Below, in pieces: positions 22,996 to 36,891 of a stretch of 64,000 nucleotides of DNA. Origin of the DNA: Paraphysomonas bandaiensis (Eukaryota > Protista > Chrysophyceae); contig CBFFRP010000199.1 in the NCBI GenBank assembly GCA_965644295.1, positions 1 to 64,000 of the forward strand. Reading direction: 5' to 3'. Position 1 is the first letter of the stretch, and the number at the start of each line of letters is the position of its first letter. A program made the position numbers and the translations under genes. A model generated the notes under the pieces. That model was given only the letters and a program-made list of their open reading frames with translations. It did no database searches and had not been told where the DNA came from.

Positions 22996-25900
22996 ATGAT
23001 GGGCTTTACTAGCCCAATACATCATACTGATATACATCATAATGAAAATTTATCTGATTTTACAAGAGAATTTGAATCAGATGATGAAGTTGATAGTGAT
23101 TATTTTCTTGATCTTGATTATGAAGATGATGGTGATGGTGATGATGATTGTGGGAATTGTGGTACTATATCTGATAGTCCAGTACCACCACCTTTACCAC
23201 TTTGTAATTTTGAACCTGATGAGGCTCTCGATACAAGAGCCAAAACGATCGCAGGGCTTGGAATTAGATGTGTCCCTCATATACATGTTAGTAATTCGAC
23301 CGGTTGTCGATTACACGATCCCATAAAGTGCAGGTGATATATGCATTTTACTGAAGTGGGTAACTAACTTAACATTGTTTGAAATGTCGTAGATATTTCA
23401 TTGACTGGTTCATATCCAGAGATCATCGTGAACGGGCTCTCCGCGACCACTCTAACGAAACATCAGCCAATCACCTCTCTGAAGATGATGCCGCTGTTCT
23501 GGACAAGGCTGACATATATGACTATAGCGTCTATCGCTGTACCCCTTTCACAAAGCGTGAAGATTGGGTACCAAGAGATGAAGACAGAGAGACAGAGCGA
23601 GGTGGTAATGCGGAGGAGGGTGGGGTGCGTGTGACTAAAGAGAGCGAAGGCGGAGAGAGTCTTACGTCAAGCCTCGTGTTCGACTCGGAGTTTGAATGTG
23701 GTAATCTTGAGTCTGCATCTCGAGTTGTTGGTAGAGAGACCCTGCATCAGCCAGGTGAGGGCTCTATGCCCCCCCCTTCTGTGCTACCCGTGGACCAAGA
23801 GTATGACTTACATCTACGTAACGATCTGCACACCAACGGAAACATACAATGGTACTACTTTAGTGTTAGTACCACAACTTTATCTCCTTCCTCCACTCCA
23901 ACTCCTCAAGAAGCTGAGGACAACTTGTCGTCACATACACCTTCTCCGCCGTCGCCAAAGCCTATACAGTACCCCATGACGGTCCGTTTCAACATCGTGA
24001 ACATGATGAAAAGCGATGCATTGTATAACTACGGGATGAAGCCTGCAGTGTACTCTGTGCAGAAAGCGAACCGAGGGGTAGGATGGCGGCATGCTGGTGA
24101 GAATGTGTGCTATTACAAAAACAGTACCACTTTTGTAAAGAAGCGCAGAGATAAGTTACGGCGTCAACATCACTACACCCTAACCTTTACGTACACTTTT
24201 ACGGAACCGGACACTGTCTACTTTGCTCACTGCTTCCCGTATACGTATACGAGGCTGCAGCAATTTCTCATGTCGCTGGAGAAGGATACTCGTATCCGGT
24301 CATTCATTCGACGGAAACTTTTGTGCCATTCACTTGCGAACAATAGATGTGATATGGTAACCATCACCGCTCCCAGCACTAACCCTTTAGATATGTCTCG
24401 TCGCCCTGCCATCATCATCACGGGCCGTGTACACCCTGGAGAAAGTAACTCATCTTTCGTCATGGAGGGATTGTTGTCGTTTCTCACATCGGAAGAGCCA
24501 GAAGCCGTTAAGTTGAGAGAGACTTATGTGATCAAAGTCGTTCCTATGCTCAACCCCGATGGTGTTATTCACGGCAACTATCGTTGCTCCCTAGCTGGCG
24601 TAGATCTAAATAGGAAATATTTGCACCCAGACCCTTTGCTTCACCCAACGATCACTGCAGTTAAGTCTCTGATAGCGTCCACAAATGACAGCCGAGGTAT
24701 AGTCCTGTATCTGGACATTCATGGTCATTCCATGCGGAAGAATGTTTTTTTATACGGCTGTGATCCCAACCAGACGAATATAGACAAGGTGTCTGCTGGA
24801 ATGATATCTTTGACAAAGTCGCAGCTTCTAAACCGAAGCATATTTGCCAGAATATTTCCAAAGGTGTTGGTATCTGTCAGTACGGATCGTAGCAACAACA
24901 AGGAGCGGGGATATTTCAGCTTTGAGGATTGTGCACTGAGTATCCAAAAGTCTAAGTCCGGCACAGGCCGTGTCGTGAGTTGGCGCAACATCGGCATCAG
25001 TGCCGCCTATACTGTTGAGATATCGTTCTGTGGTAATGGCAATAATACGGAAATAAAATTAGTAAAAGCAATGATGAGTCACCATAGGAAAACCAAAACG
25101 AAAGCTGATGAGACAGTTCGTACCTATGAGCGGTACTTGACTGAAGAAGAGGGCCCATGGGCGGCCCCACTCAATCAGGCTTTAAAAGCGTATAAAACCA
25201 ATGTGCATTATACTGAAGATGCATTGATATCTATGGGCTTTGATATAGGGCATGCGGTACACGCGTATTCGAATCTCGATAGGGCATTTAGTGCGCATAC
25301 CAAGGACCTTATGTGCCGACCTTCCGAAAGATCTCGACCAGCATCTGCAGAGTGCAGAAGTGGTATACGTATGTCTGGTCGAGGAGAAGATGGTAAGTCT
25401 GTGGATGACAGAAGAATGCGCTCTCGTTTACTCGAACAAGAGTTGAGACTATATACTCCAAATACTGTTGGGGAGCTGACAAACCCATTGGATATCTTAC
25501 AGCCGATTCTTTTGCCTGCTGTAATCTCTAGTGACGTTCTTTCCACTATTGTTAATCAGACAGGGAGCGTGCGTGACAAGTCTGTGCGGAATGTTAGAAT
25601 TGATGCTGAAATAAGCCTACGAAACCTTATTCGACTTTCCCTGCATGGCAATAATGAATCGAAAATAGGGAGTTCAGGTGATGGTAAACCAAATGAAGAC
25701 GCAACCGAAGAAATAAAAGACACCAAGCGTCGATCACGCTCGAAGTCAAATTCTAAACTGTCGTCTGGTAATCCTACGCCAGAAGTAGTAGTAGAATATA
25801 ATTTGCAGGAGGAAGATGAAATTATTGCCGCGCTTCATCGAGAGACAGCTTTCGATGATATGGGGTCGGATTCAGACCCCAGTGGAGACGACGCTCCGGT

Positions 25901-26792
25901 AACGCGTCTCGCACAGAGCGCGTCGTTTATGCATTTAGCACAGTTGTCTCAATATAAACTTGGCGCGAAATTGAAGTCTATGGTGAAGCAGAAAGTACGA
26001 CACTCTCGAAAGGCTCGTAAAAGCAACAAAGAAAGGCGAAGTAGTTCTAACCCTTCGCGTGTTGAGAATTCTATTCCGAAACCAACGATATCATCGTCTT
26101 CGAGGAAAGTCTCAGTACTGGCTCCCCACAGACAGGCTATCGCGGATGCAGTTATATGGAACTCCAGCCAGCCGTCATCCTCATCCCAGTTAGGGTCGCG
26201 ACGAAATTCATTAAGTTCTGGTCGTGGTTCAATGCGTTTACGGAATCCTGGTCTAGACACCTCAACGCAGTTCAAACGACCCCCTGCTCCCCAAGGCCAG
26301 GGGATTCAAGAGATGCAATCTCGAAGAGACAACGTCGGCAAACTGCAGCTCACATCTGCGATCACGACTAAAGTTTTCTCTATGCCGCAAGGTGATTCGG
26401 TTAGACACTACGATGGTGTGTCGCAAACAGGACTACATGTTAGCATGTCGACTGGGAGTCTGAATACCCTTTCTCGAAGTCAAGAAGCCTCCAAACCCAG
26501 GCCGTTGAAGATAGATCAGAACAAGTCGGATCATGGCCGAGGGTCCGATATTATTGCGGCACCCGCGGAGGCTGTATCCCTAAGGCATCACTCGCCATGC
26601 ACTGTTAAAGATATTTCTTCTACTGCAGGGAACGATTCCAAACTCCCGAATAGCCCTGTAATTATCGACAAATCATTAGGACTACGTACTCATATCCTGG
26701 GAAAGGAATATCGAAATGCCAACAAAGTTCGACCACCATCTCCAGTATTGGACACAAGGAAGCAGAAGACATATGTCAATAGCTGTAGCTAG
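22996..26792 (+). CDS. Cytosolic carboxypeptidase (M14D; CCP/AGBL/Nna1 tubulin deglutamylase family) with a long disordered C-tail
   Basis: Motifs FECGNL, QWYYF, FPYTY, GRVHPGES, PMLNPDGV, NYRCSLAGVDLNR, DIHGHS and AYTVEISF. First exon joined through an intron at ~23334-23392 (start inferred). Confidence 0.93.
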
Positions 26793-27536
26793 ACGAGCAG
26801 CTGACTTGGTAGATTAACTACGGATTTCCGGTTTATTTGTGCCCGAAATCTACACTTCATGTTGTATTATATTCGTCTACTTGTGTAGCAATTTTTTGTG
26901 TGTTTGAGTGTCTTTCATATCATTGACTATACAAAACGGCGCACATATTCTTTGTCGACATGTATTAGTATTCTCAATGGTATATTTGACATGACAGCTA
27001 TGTTCTTGTTTATAAAGTTACTAATATAACTACGAGAGAAATTATACACGTAAAATTAAAGCTTTGATTAATGTGGAGTAACTTCTCAAGATTCAGAAGT
27101 GTTTAATGTTTAACTCCTTCAAATTCATTTAACGCTCTCTGAATTTGAGAAGTGCTAGTATTGTGCTCAAATCTAGTGAAGTTCCACAACCCTCTTTATT
27201 TCATGTTCATTCAACCAAACAATCATTGGAGATAGTGGAAGATTTTATTGAACTTGGCTTGAGACATCCTGGATTTTCAGATATATGCACGAAAACGCGT
27301 CTATTACGCATGCACGCATACCTAGCAAGCCCTCAACAAAAATGAGTCGCACCATTTTGTGGTGTTCTGAGGGATAAGTACCGGATATATTTCTCCGCAT
27401 ATATAGTCAGCAGATATTGTTCCGACCACTTATAGCCAAATGCTTGTGTGGTACAAGGGACACTAGTAAGTGTCACTTGTGTAGACGTTTTTGGACCCTG
27501 ACGAATAAACAATAAACAGGCATCCGGGAATGGACT

Positions 27537-27801
27537 CACCTTGAGGGCACCCGGGGTATTGGGTTGCCTCCTGATGTCACGTATCCGGTTTGTTTCCCTT
27601 AAGGACTCATAAATTATCGTCAGCAGATGTCAGGTTTATCAACATTCTGCTTGCTCACTGCGTTGGCATTGAGTGATAGAGAAAAATTACTGCAACTTGG
27701 TGCCTGCGGTGACGCACAAACAGCTTTCGTATCGTTAAATAGTTGGATATCACAGTTAAGCAATGACTCTTCAATGCCTATTGCTAATAATAAGACATTC
27801 A
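27537..27801 (+). repeat. Dispersed repeat family copy A (diverged)
   Basis: Shares CCGGGGTATTGGG, TTGGTGC.TGCGG.GACGCACAA, CGTTAAATAGT.GGAT and GCCTATTGCTAATAATAAGAC with the copy at 35.7 kb. Confidence 0.75.
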
Positions 27802-29397
27802 CTGCTATATCTACCGAGTGGAAGTAGTGGAGGCCAGTGTCCGTTGGTTTTGCACAGGACTACCTGAACAATATATATGCTGAGTGCTGAAGTGGCTGTA
27901 ACACGTAACACAGGTACTACTAGATATTGAAAGCTATATCACTTGAATCGTAAAATTCTGCATTACTGAAAGTTCTTGATATGTTTGTGTTTTAATTTTT
28001 ACTAACACGAGTGACAGGAATAGCTAATAATCACCCAGGATAGCATTTTCTCAAAATTTTAATGAAGGGCAATAGCTACAATACAGGCTTGGTACTTTGT
28101 AAACTCCTGCCCATGATGGTACCTCTCTCCATTCTACTCTTCCTTTTCTTATTGTTGGCTGAATTGGTTTGACCTTTCTGCTATGGCTTCATCGTAATAC
28201 GTAGCTATATTTTGACAACGTCATTAACTAAAAACTGACTAGTTCGAATCTGTTATTAGTTTGACGAATCCAATCCCATAAATTTTATTCTATCGAGATA
28301 ATTCAACTGTGTTCAGATGATGATAAATGGAACAATTTTAAGATGATGATAAATGGAACAATTTTAACTGTAATCAATAAGTATTTCTAATTTACCTCTT
28401 CATACCATAACATCACTCGAGTAGAACGACGAAGTCCAAAATTATCAGACTAGTTTGCAGATGTATAAGCTAGATCACTGTAATCACTGTAGTATATGGT
28501 TGTTTCACCATACAAATCCAATCTAATCAAATCAAATTGAGTTTAGTGTGTGCATCTCTCGATGACCTAAGCCAACAATGAGTGAATAATCACATGAAAC
28601 TACTTATATGATGTGTATCCATAATTCTGCATTGTATATACATACTAATACATCTTACTATAATATAGAGGCATATACCATGCAACTGATGACAGTATAC
28701 AGTCAGAGCTATAGAGCTCTCTGTCTCTGTCTCTGTCTCTGGTACTGATCATACAGAGATCACCTCTAAACAATCCATATAACCACCTAGAGTTCAGTTG
28801 GTGTATGTGCTGTGGACATCTAGAGAGTGTAGAGTGTGATTCGTAGTGGACATTGAGTGAGATAAACTACCCGTGTACATACAGACATCCGGGTATACCA
28901 TCAGTACATATAGACATGTTCGTACACATCCCTCATCACAACATATGGATCAATCAAATAAATCCAGGATTTTTTGTTGTAATCCACAAAAACTTCGTAC
29001 TATATGACGTATAGATGTTCCACACAAACAGAATTCGCATATAAGTACAGCAGTATAACTACATAACTACATCTCCATGTACAGTATGTACGGTATACTG
29101 GAGGGTCTCATATGTTACTATAGAGAACAGCATAGCTTGGAAACTACTGTGTTGTGTTGATCAAAATATGATAAGATCATCTCTATATTCACATATATGA
29201 CACACTGAACATTAGAATTATTATCAAATTCAAACATTTTATTCGATAGATCATTGTCTTATAAAGGAGTCTGCGTATCATCTGCAGTTATTCCGTTATT
29301 AACTTACTACTCTATATAATTGATTGACACTCTCCTTAGTTGAGATCGTATATATTTACGCTTTTACATCCTTCATTTCAACACATTTATTTTTATA

Positions 29398-29989
29398 ATG
29401 TCATCAACTGTTATCGCCAGTAAGCCAAGCCTTATCGAGTATAAGCATCTCCGGTTCCTTATTATGGACGCCCCAAAAGAAACAAACTTGCATCTATACT
29501 TAAAAGAATGTGAAAAAAACCATGTCACTGCAATAGTGCGTATATCCGACCCTACTTATAGCAGAGAAGAAGTTGAAAAGGCAGGAATTGAACTTCATGT
29601 AAGATATATTGTTTGCATAAAGATATACGTATTTAGTACATTTCAGGAAATGTGCTTCGATGATGGTGCAAGTCCCCCTGAGGAAATCATAGAGAAGTGG
29701 AATAGCCTTGTAAAAAGAACATTTGGCAGTCGAAATGATGATGAGAAGTGCATTGCTGTGCATTGCGTTGCTGGTCTTGGAAGAGCTCCTGTTCTGGTGG
29801 CAATAGCACTTGTTGAGCACGGCCTGGACTCCATGTCTGCTGTGACGTACATTCGTGAAAGACGGTAACATCATTTTCTCTTCAATATTTTAACTCACAT
29901 GTATCTACAGCCGGGGTGCTATTAATGCCGTGCAGCTCTCATACCTTGAGAGTTACCAAGTCAGGCAGAAGAAGTGCACAGTAATGTGA
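29398..29989 (+). CDS. PTP4A: PRL/PTP4A-family prenylated protein tyrosine phosphatase (3 exons)
   Basis: RFLIMDAP, FDDGASPP, active-site HCVAGLGRAP, RRGAIN and C-terminal CaaX KKCTVM. Introns at 29599-29646 and ~29865-29910. Confidence 0.96.
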
Positions 29990-31754
29990 AGGGTGTCGTT
30001 AATCCGCAGGCTATATTCACCGGCTATATTTATTGCTATATAAATAGTGAAATAGCTAAACTGGTATTCTTATAATGTAGACAATACCAATTTTTACAGT
30101 GTGACAATTATTCAAATGTCGTCGATGTACTTGCAGTAGCTTTACCCTAGCATTCGCGAATCTTCATGAATTTTGCTATTTTCAGGTAACTTATCGTTTC
30201 TTGGTTTGTGCTGAGTAGATGTAATAATTTGAACCTTTTCTAAAATTTTGTACGTGTTGAAAAGTAATAAGCTATCTCCTCGTTTATAAACACTAGTATA
30301 AAGTAGGTTTTAATCCCAACAGCTAATTTAATTCTTTTATATTGCGTTAACACTCAATACTTCTTTAACGAGAGAAATTTGTGTTCTGACAGGTAATCGT
30401 CGTTACACCGTATGGGGTTCTCTATGTTCAAGCTCTAACACAAGAACTAGCTGATGAATTATCACTCTATCTCCATTTTGTCTAAATAAAGAAGGTGTGT
30501 TTTTACCTGAATTGGGTTCGACAGAACGCTCATATTAGCACCGGGATAATATCTAATATAGACATTCAACTTCAATATTCTGTACAACAGAAACTGTTAA
30601 AATTGGACACTTTACTGAAGATAACATTGCTCTCCGCTTAAGCCTTAACCTTGCTTTGTTGAACACAATATAATTTCAAGTTTCTATTGTAATTATTAAT
30701 ATAAACACTTCACTACATACGCACAGATGCACGTAGCATCTAATGAACATCTGTTATCAGCAACATTGCACACTAATAACTTACTTCAATTGCACAATAT
30801 ATATCTCCTCATACTGCAGAACTCAACATAAACTATCTTCTATTTCCATTATGATATCGAAATTCATTTATACATTGTACATTGTACCTAAGTCCTAAGT
30901 ATATGATTTCATTATACTACACTATTATATGAAAATAACAATTATGAGTGAAATTTCGACAAACAGCATTCCTAGCGCCAAATAGTAGGATATCAGAGTT
31001 AAGCACAAGATAGTTAAATTGTTTTGCTACATTAGTTCTGACTCTTACATGCCTCTTGCTAAAATAACCAGACATTCGCTATTACCATTTAATCTATAAC
31101 CTCTAGGGATAAGGAGCATCGCTCCATGTCAAAATTTTGAGCGCGGGACTATATAGCCTCCTTACTAGCCGTGGTAAAATATAACTATAATATACTAAAT
31201 ACACAAACGAAGTTACTAATATTTTTATTATCTCCACACCAATTCACGGACGTACCGAAGCTTATACTTGTGGTAGATGCACAAGGAGAAACACGAAAAA
31301 CTATACTAAAGTTATAAAATATATCGATTCAAACATATTTACAAGGATAATAAAAACAAACACTCTCGCCACTACTGCTCTGTAAAACTATCAACAAAAC
31401 ATGCACGAATATTAGAAAAATTGAAGGTGGGAATAACATCATAAGAGGATACGTATCAACAAACTATCAAAATGATGTGACCTAGCTGTGAGGTAGTCCC
31501 TACTACCCCCCTGTCAGCTTGTGTGGTTGGCCATAAAGGTCTGTACCCCCGCCTAATCACGAGAAAAGTAAGTTGATAATCAGCATGCAAGACTACGATT
31601 GAGTCGAAGCCGACGATAGAAAACACAACCTCGGTTGGTACAATTTAACAAACTGATATTACGGCCTCGTGCTGTCATATTTGTTCACTGTGAACAGTTT
31701 GAGCACGATTCCCACGATTGCCCAAACTATACGTATGACTTGAAGTGCTTATGT

Positions 31755-33271
31755 TTACCTTTGACCACTCGAATATCTCCAGTATGAGTTGGTATCCCTC
31801 CACTCATCTCGTCTCCATCTTTGACGAGTATCTCGGGGATCGCTCTCGTATCTACCATCTCTCTCACATCTCCAGGCATGTCGAGTATTACTGGATACAC
31901 CTTCATATCTACCATAGCTCTCATCCCGTCTCCAGTCACACCGAGCACTGGGAGAGTATATATTACTGCCCATGGTATACGTGCTGTCGTCTCTGTTGCC
32001 TTCCCTATTACGTGAAGTCCACCCAGGATATCCATCTGAATATTGCGTATTTCTGTCACGGGCATATCTATCACTGCAAGGATATCTATATTCTCGTCTC
32101 CAATTATACTGCGCATCTCGGCCCTCTATATCCCTGAAATCGTGCTGGCTGTCCCACGGATACATGTACCCCTCGCACCACTGTTGACCAGTATAACGAT
32201 TATAGAAGGATGTATACTGGTCCCCAGAGTCATAGCTCTGTTCTAGAGTCTCTGAATACATGCCGTGGCTTCGGCTGCTCCTATCAGACCGAACATAGCC
32301 ACCCCTGTTATCATATACTCCGTTATTAGGAATAGCGCAATTGCCATTTGCGCTGACATCAGTGGGAGGAGAATAAGATGACGGAAACATCGAGCACGAC
32401 CCAGCCCGGTCACACATGTACTGGGATGTGTCCACTGGAGTCTCGGCGGACATGGCAAGCAAGTGGCGTACGAGATCGCCAGACGGTGCCAGTACATTAT
32501 CTTCATCCCGATCACTTGAGGCAAACGAGAATGTTGGTACAATCAAACAAGTGCCCAGAGGGTTCACCTGAAGAAATTAAAATGACTGACTAGCTATAGG
32601 AGAATGAAATAATAGTAAACCTGGCATTTCTCGATATCGTTATCCAGAAGAAGAGTATTCGATTTATTATAGCAAGGAAACTTTTTCCACACACGTGACA
32701 ATTCTTTCAAAAACCGTGGCTGCGAACACGATACAATGACATTTATCACCAAAAATAAAACAATTCAAACCTTGACATTTCCTCTCCCGTCTACGTCAGG
32801 GTTATAACAGCGTGTTGACTCGCCTTGAGACCAAACAAAGAGCAATTTCGTCTTTTCAAACAAGTCTAAGTCAATATTCTTTTTTTTGGCACAACTCCAT
32901 GCAGCTATCTCAAAATGTTCTTCACATAAAGCTAAAAACTCTTCAAAATAAGGACGTTTAATAAACTTGCGGCCTGTTCGAGAGTTTTTATTAAAGGGTT
33001 CTCTATCTCCTATGACACCGTGTATATCAAGGATAAGCAGAGGTCTGACATATTCTTTCGTCAGACAAACACGAAAAGGATTAGTTGAAGTCACTATCAC
33101 AGAAGCTTTATCTCCCTTAATGAATAGTCTCTTCTCTTTAGCATTGTAATACATGTCACGTATATTGGTTTGTACTGTAGTGATTTCGTCACATCGTACT
33201 TCACAAACCAAAGACTGAGGCTTGACATCAATAATAGTAGCATCATACACATTTCCCACATGAAATACCAT
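31755..33271 (-). CDS. S1-like OB fold + FCP1/NIF-type HAD phosphatase-like domain + low-complexity R/Y/D/S tail; multi-exon, 3' end uncertain
   Basis: LLILDIHGV (motif I), FIKRPYFEEFL, IAAWS, KELSRVW...NTLLLDND..K...NP, typical of the NIF family. Introns near 32570-32620 and 32717-32770. N-terminal 70 aa follow an S1 pattern. Confidence 0.75.
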
Positions 33272-33853
33272 ACTATGACTATGAACTATTCAATAATAAT
33301 ATCGAGTGATAACAGTGACATATACATATATATGTACACGGCATATACACACTACGATCGTCAGGGTACATACATACTTTACAACTGATCTTCACACTCC
33401 ACTTCCTCACTTCATTCTTCAGTATATGGTTAAAGAGATTGACGTATTCTGTTGTATTCTGACTTGAGTGGTTCTCTCCTGTACATACATGCTATGGAGT
33501 TTATACAGTTCTAGAATTACTATGACCGTACACCACGGTATACCCTTCCTCCACAATTCGTACGATATGTAAAAAGTACGAGTTTCCAAAAAAATTACAG
33601 TTAGATAATCTAAGATTCCACATTGACCAATCAAACACAGCCAATACCATGTGGGATATATTCATTGGTTACATAAAGTGGTCGTCATGTTAAGTACGAA
33701 AGTCAGTGTTTCCCCTATCCACCATACTAACCATATGAACAGCCTTACGACCCTCTATCACTAACATGCACTAGCCTTCACTCATTATACAATCTATTGT
33801 TATCTTAGAATCTATTATCTGGCGTTCCACGCCAATTTCCCCTTTGAAATACT

Positions 33854-35474
33854 ATGAATGTTGCTGTAGTTGGGGCTGGTGTGGCTGGTATCGGATGTGC
33901 AAAGGTGTTAAAACAATATGGATATAACGTTGTCGTGTATGAGAAGTCCAGTGAAATAGGTGGTGTGTGGAATACTGGATACCCATTAATTCCTATACAA
34001 AGTTTTGATTTTCAGTATCGATTTACTGATTTTGAATGTCCCTTTGAAGTATCAGAGCATCCCACAGGCGAGCAAGTACTCAAATATTTGCGGTTAGCTG
34101 CTGAACACTATCAGTTAGATATCAGAACGAACCATACGATCATATCAACTAGAGAAGAAAATAATGGATGGACTCTGTGCTACGAAAATAAGGATGGAGT
34201 AAGAGGAGAGAGTTGTTTTGATTATATGGTGGCATGTACAGGATTATTTACGAAAGGAATGTATTACCCCGATCTGCCTGGGCGTGACTCTTTCGTAGGC
34301 GAAGTACATCTGGGGCCATTTCTCCAAGATATGAGTGAACTAGAAAATAAAAGGGTGGCTGTTATCGGATATGGCAAAAGTGCTATGGATCTCGTCGCAT
34401 TGTCTGCAGAACGTACCTCACAAACAATTCACCTTTTTCGCAGTCCGCGTTGGGCACTGACCGAGAAGCTCTGTTCGGGAGACTGGACCTACCCGTTGTT
34501 CTGTCGTCTAGGAACGCTTATGATAACGTGTTGGGTGCAGCCCAATAAGAGCGCTAAATTTATTCACAGGTTTAAGGCCATCGTGCACTTCTATTGGAAC
34601 CTAGTGAGCTGGATACTTAAATTTCAGGTGATACGATACGTGCGGAAGCGGACCAAAGATCCAAAAGTTGAGGAGCTCGTTAAACGAACGTTTCCAGACA
34701 CTCCATTGTTTGTTCACAGACCGGCGATTATTCCATTTAATCCGAAACTGTACTATGACAATATTTTGAACGGACGAATAGTCCCGGTAAAAGGAGATTT
34801 CTCTGGGTTCTACAACGATGGGATTATATTGGGATGTGGGGACCGGGTCCCTTGCGACGTTGTGGTCCTTTCACTCGGAATTCAGACCCCTGACTTCCGT
34901 TTCCTTCCCCTTAAGTATCGTTATATGCTGGAGAAAGAGGGAGGCACGCAGCTCTACCGTCATCTATATCATCCGAAAATTCCTCGAATGGCCTTCATAG
35001 GCCTAAATCAGTCTCTCCTCTTTATGCCTACTGTTGAGATTAGTACACTCTGGATGGTTGCTGTGTGGAAAGGAGAGATGGTACTACCATCGATGGAGGT
35101 ACGGATTTACTACAATGAGATACATATAAGTGATATTGCATGCAGAAAATTGAGCAGTGTACAAAGCGCGTAGAATCTTGGAAAAAACTTAACCAGGCAT
35201 TTGACCCGACGATATCGTACGTAACTCACGCACGCTACCATCAATTTTTAGATACGCTGCTATGTACGTAATCTCATGACGTCTTGTGCAAGTTTGTTTA
35301 CACTTTTCGCTAGGTGATTTAGGCATCTCGCCGTATAGAAAACTACCGAATGTAATAGCGGAGCTGTGTGGCTCCTATGGTGCAGCAGACTACTCCAGAG
35401 TATTTGCTGAATATGACAGATCCCTTCTTAAGAGAACGACACCATTAAGACCTTCTATGCAGTTAGATTGCTAG
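33854..35474 (+). CDS. Flavin-containing monooxygenase (class B, FMO-like), 3 exons
   Basis: FAD motif VAVVGAGVAG, IGGVW, ACTGLF, NADPH motif VAVIGYGKSAMD, LYRHLYHP. Two short 3' introns. Confidence 0.92.
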
Positions 35475-35724
35475 ATGTATTATAATATATCTGTACTCAT
35501 GTGTGGAAATAGTGTTTTTTTACAGTGCTTATATAATGTGACATGCTCTGAGAGAGAAATCGTATAGAATGCTGCTTGATTTTATTTGAGCGATAACGTT
35601 AGAAATCGAAATTTCATTGTTAATATAGGACGAAACTTCTAGTAATAGTGAAAACTGCTGCTGGTATGGCATGTACCAGAGTAAGAAACAGTATAAATTA
35701 GTTAATGCAAATATTGCTGTTACC

Positions 35725-35985
35725 CACCTGAAGGGTAACCGGGGTATTGGGCTGTCTGCTGCCGGGATGTTCACCTTAAGAACTCAGAGCGGAAGTTTTC
35801 GCACCTTGGTGCTTGCGGCGACGCACAAGCAGCTTCCGTAGCGTTAAATAGTAGGATAAAAAAAGTGTGTACTGATTAGTTACAGGTAGAGGTCTAACTA
35901 GTTTGTCTAGCACTCATGTAGCTACTAAGTTGGTGTAGGTTTTTAACGCCTATTGCTAATAATAAGACTTTCAATATATGCCTAA
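35725..35985 (+). repeat. Dispersed repeat family copy B
   Basis: Aligns by eye over ~200 bp with the reverse complement of 54553-54756; central hairpin TGCG-GCGA-CGCA. Confidence 0.85.
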
Positions 35986-36433
35986 ACGTAGTCTTACATA
36001 CATAATAACACTATTCTATGCCTAAACCCATACCGATGTTTACTCTTTGGAAGTGATGAATGAGTAGTATTCGTCTGTAGGGCTAAAATACTCTCGATAA
36101 CTTGATCTTATAATTCATAACTACTCACAACATATGGAGCGCACTTAAGGTTTGGCGTTGTGCTTCCGAGTTCATGGCTATGCATTGCTCGCTGAGTACA
36201 CCGACTGTCAATGAATTTTCTACTTGCCGGTGAATATGCTGAGTCAACACCTTCAATACGTGTTGAGCAGTCGCATAGCTTAAACACTCGCTTCCCTATT
36301 TTAATTTCATCTCAAAATGACATATTCAAAAAGGAATCAGGAAAGATAACATCCTGCTAACACAACAACGGCACAAATTGGTTGTATAGAGGAAATGTAC
36401 CATTAATTACATGGATGGAAAAGTAGATGACAC

Positions 36434-36891
36434 TTAAGCCTCAACATTGGTCGTCTGCAGGCCGTGGAAATCAGCAACTTGCACATATTTCACAAGAGTA
36501 TAAAGCTGCATATAAAACAATTATATTTTGCTTAGTATAACATGTATCACGCACCTTTTCAGTGGCCTCCTCATCCTCGTCACGACGTCTCTCAAGACGG
36601 ACACGAATTCTCTTGGGGACATTGCGAACACCCTGAGACCAGATGTGCTTGTTGAGCATAGTGTCAACCCTAACGTTCCTAAATACACTATTAAATATGA
36701 AAATATTGTTATGATATGACTGACTTTGTTCCCATTGCCTTGGTAGCAAACTTCTTAATTTCAGCAATGGCACGAGGAGCACGCTTCTTAAAGTTGACAC
36801 CATAGAGACGCTTGCTCATATGGATAGTATAGTCACGGGTAGCAATATCGCTTCCCTTAGCCTTAGTTCTCTTTGTTCCTTCCTTAACCAT
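36434..36891 (-). CDS. RPL31: 60S ribosomal protein L31 (eL31), 3 exons
   Basis: [68 protein letters not shown]...FHGLQT. Confidence 0.97.
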
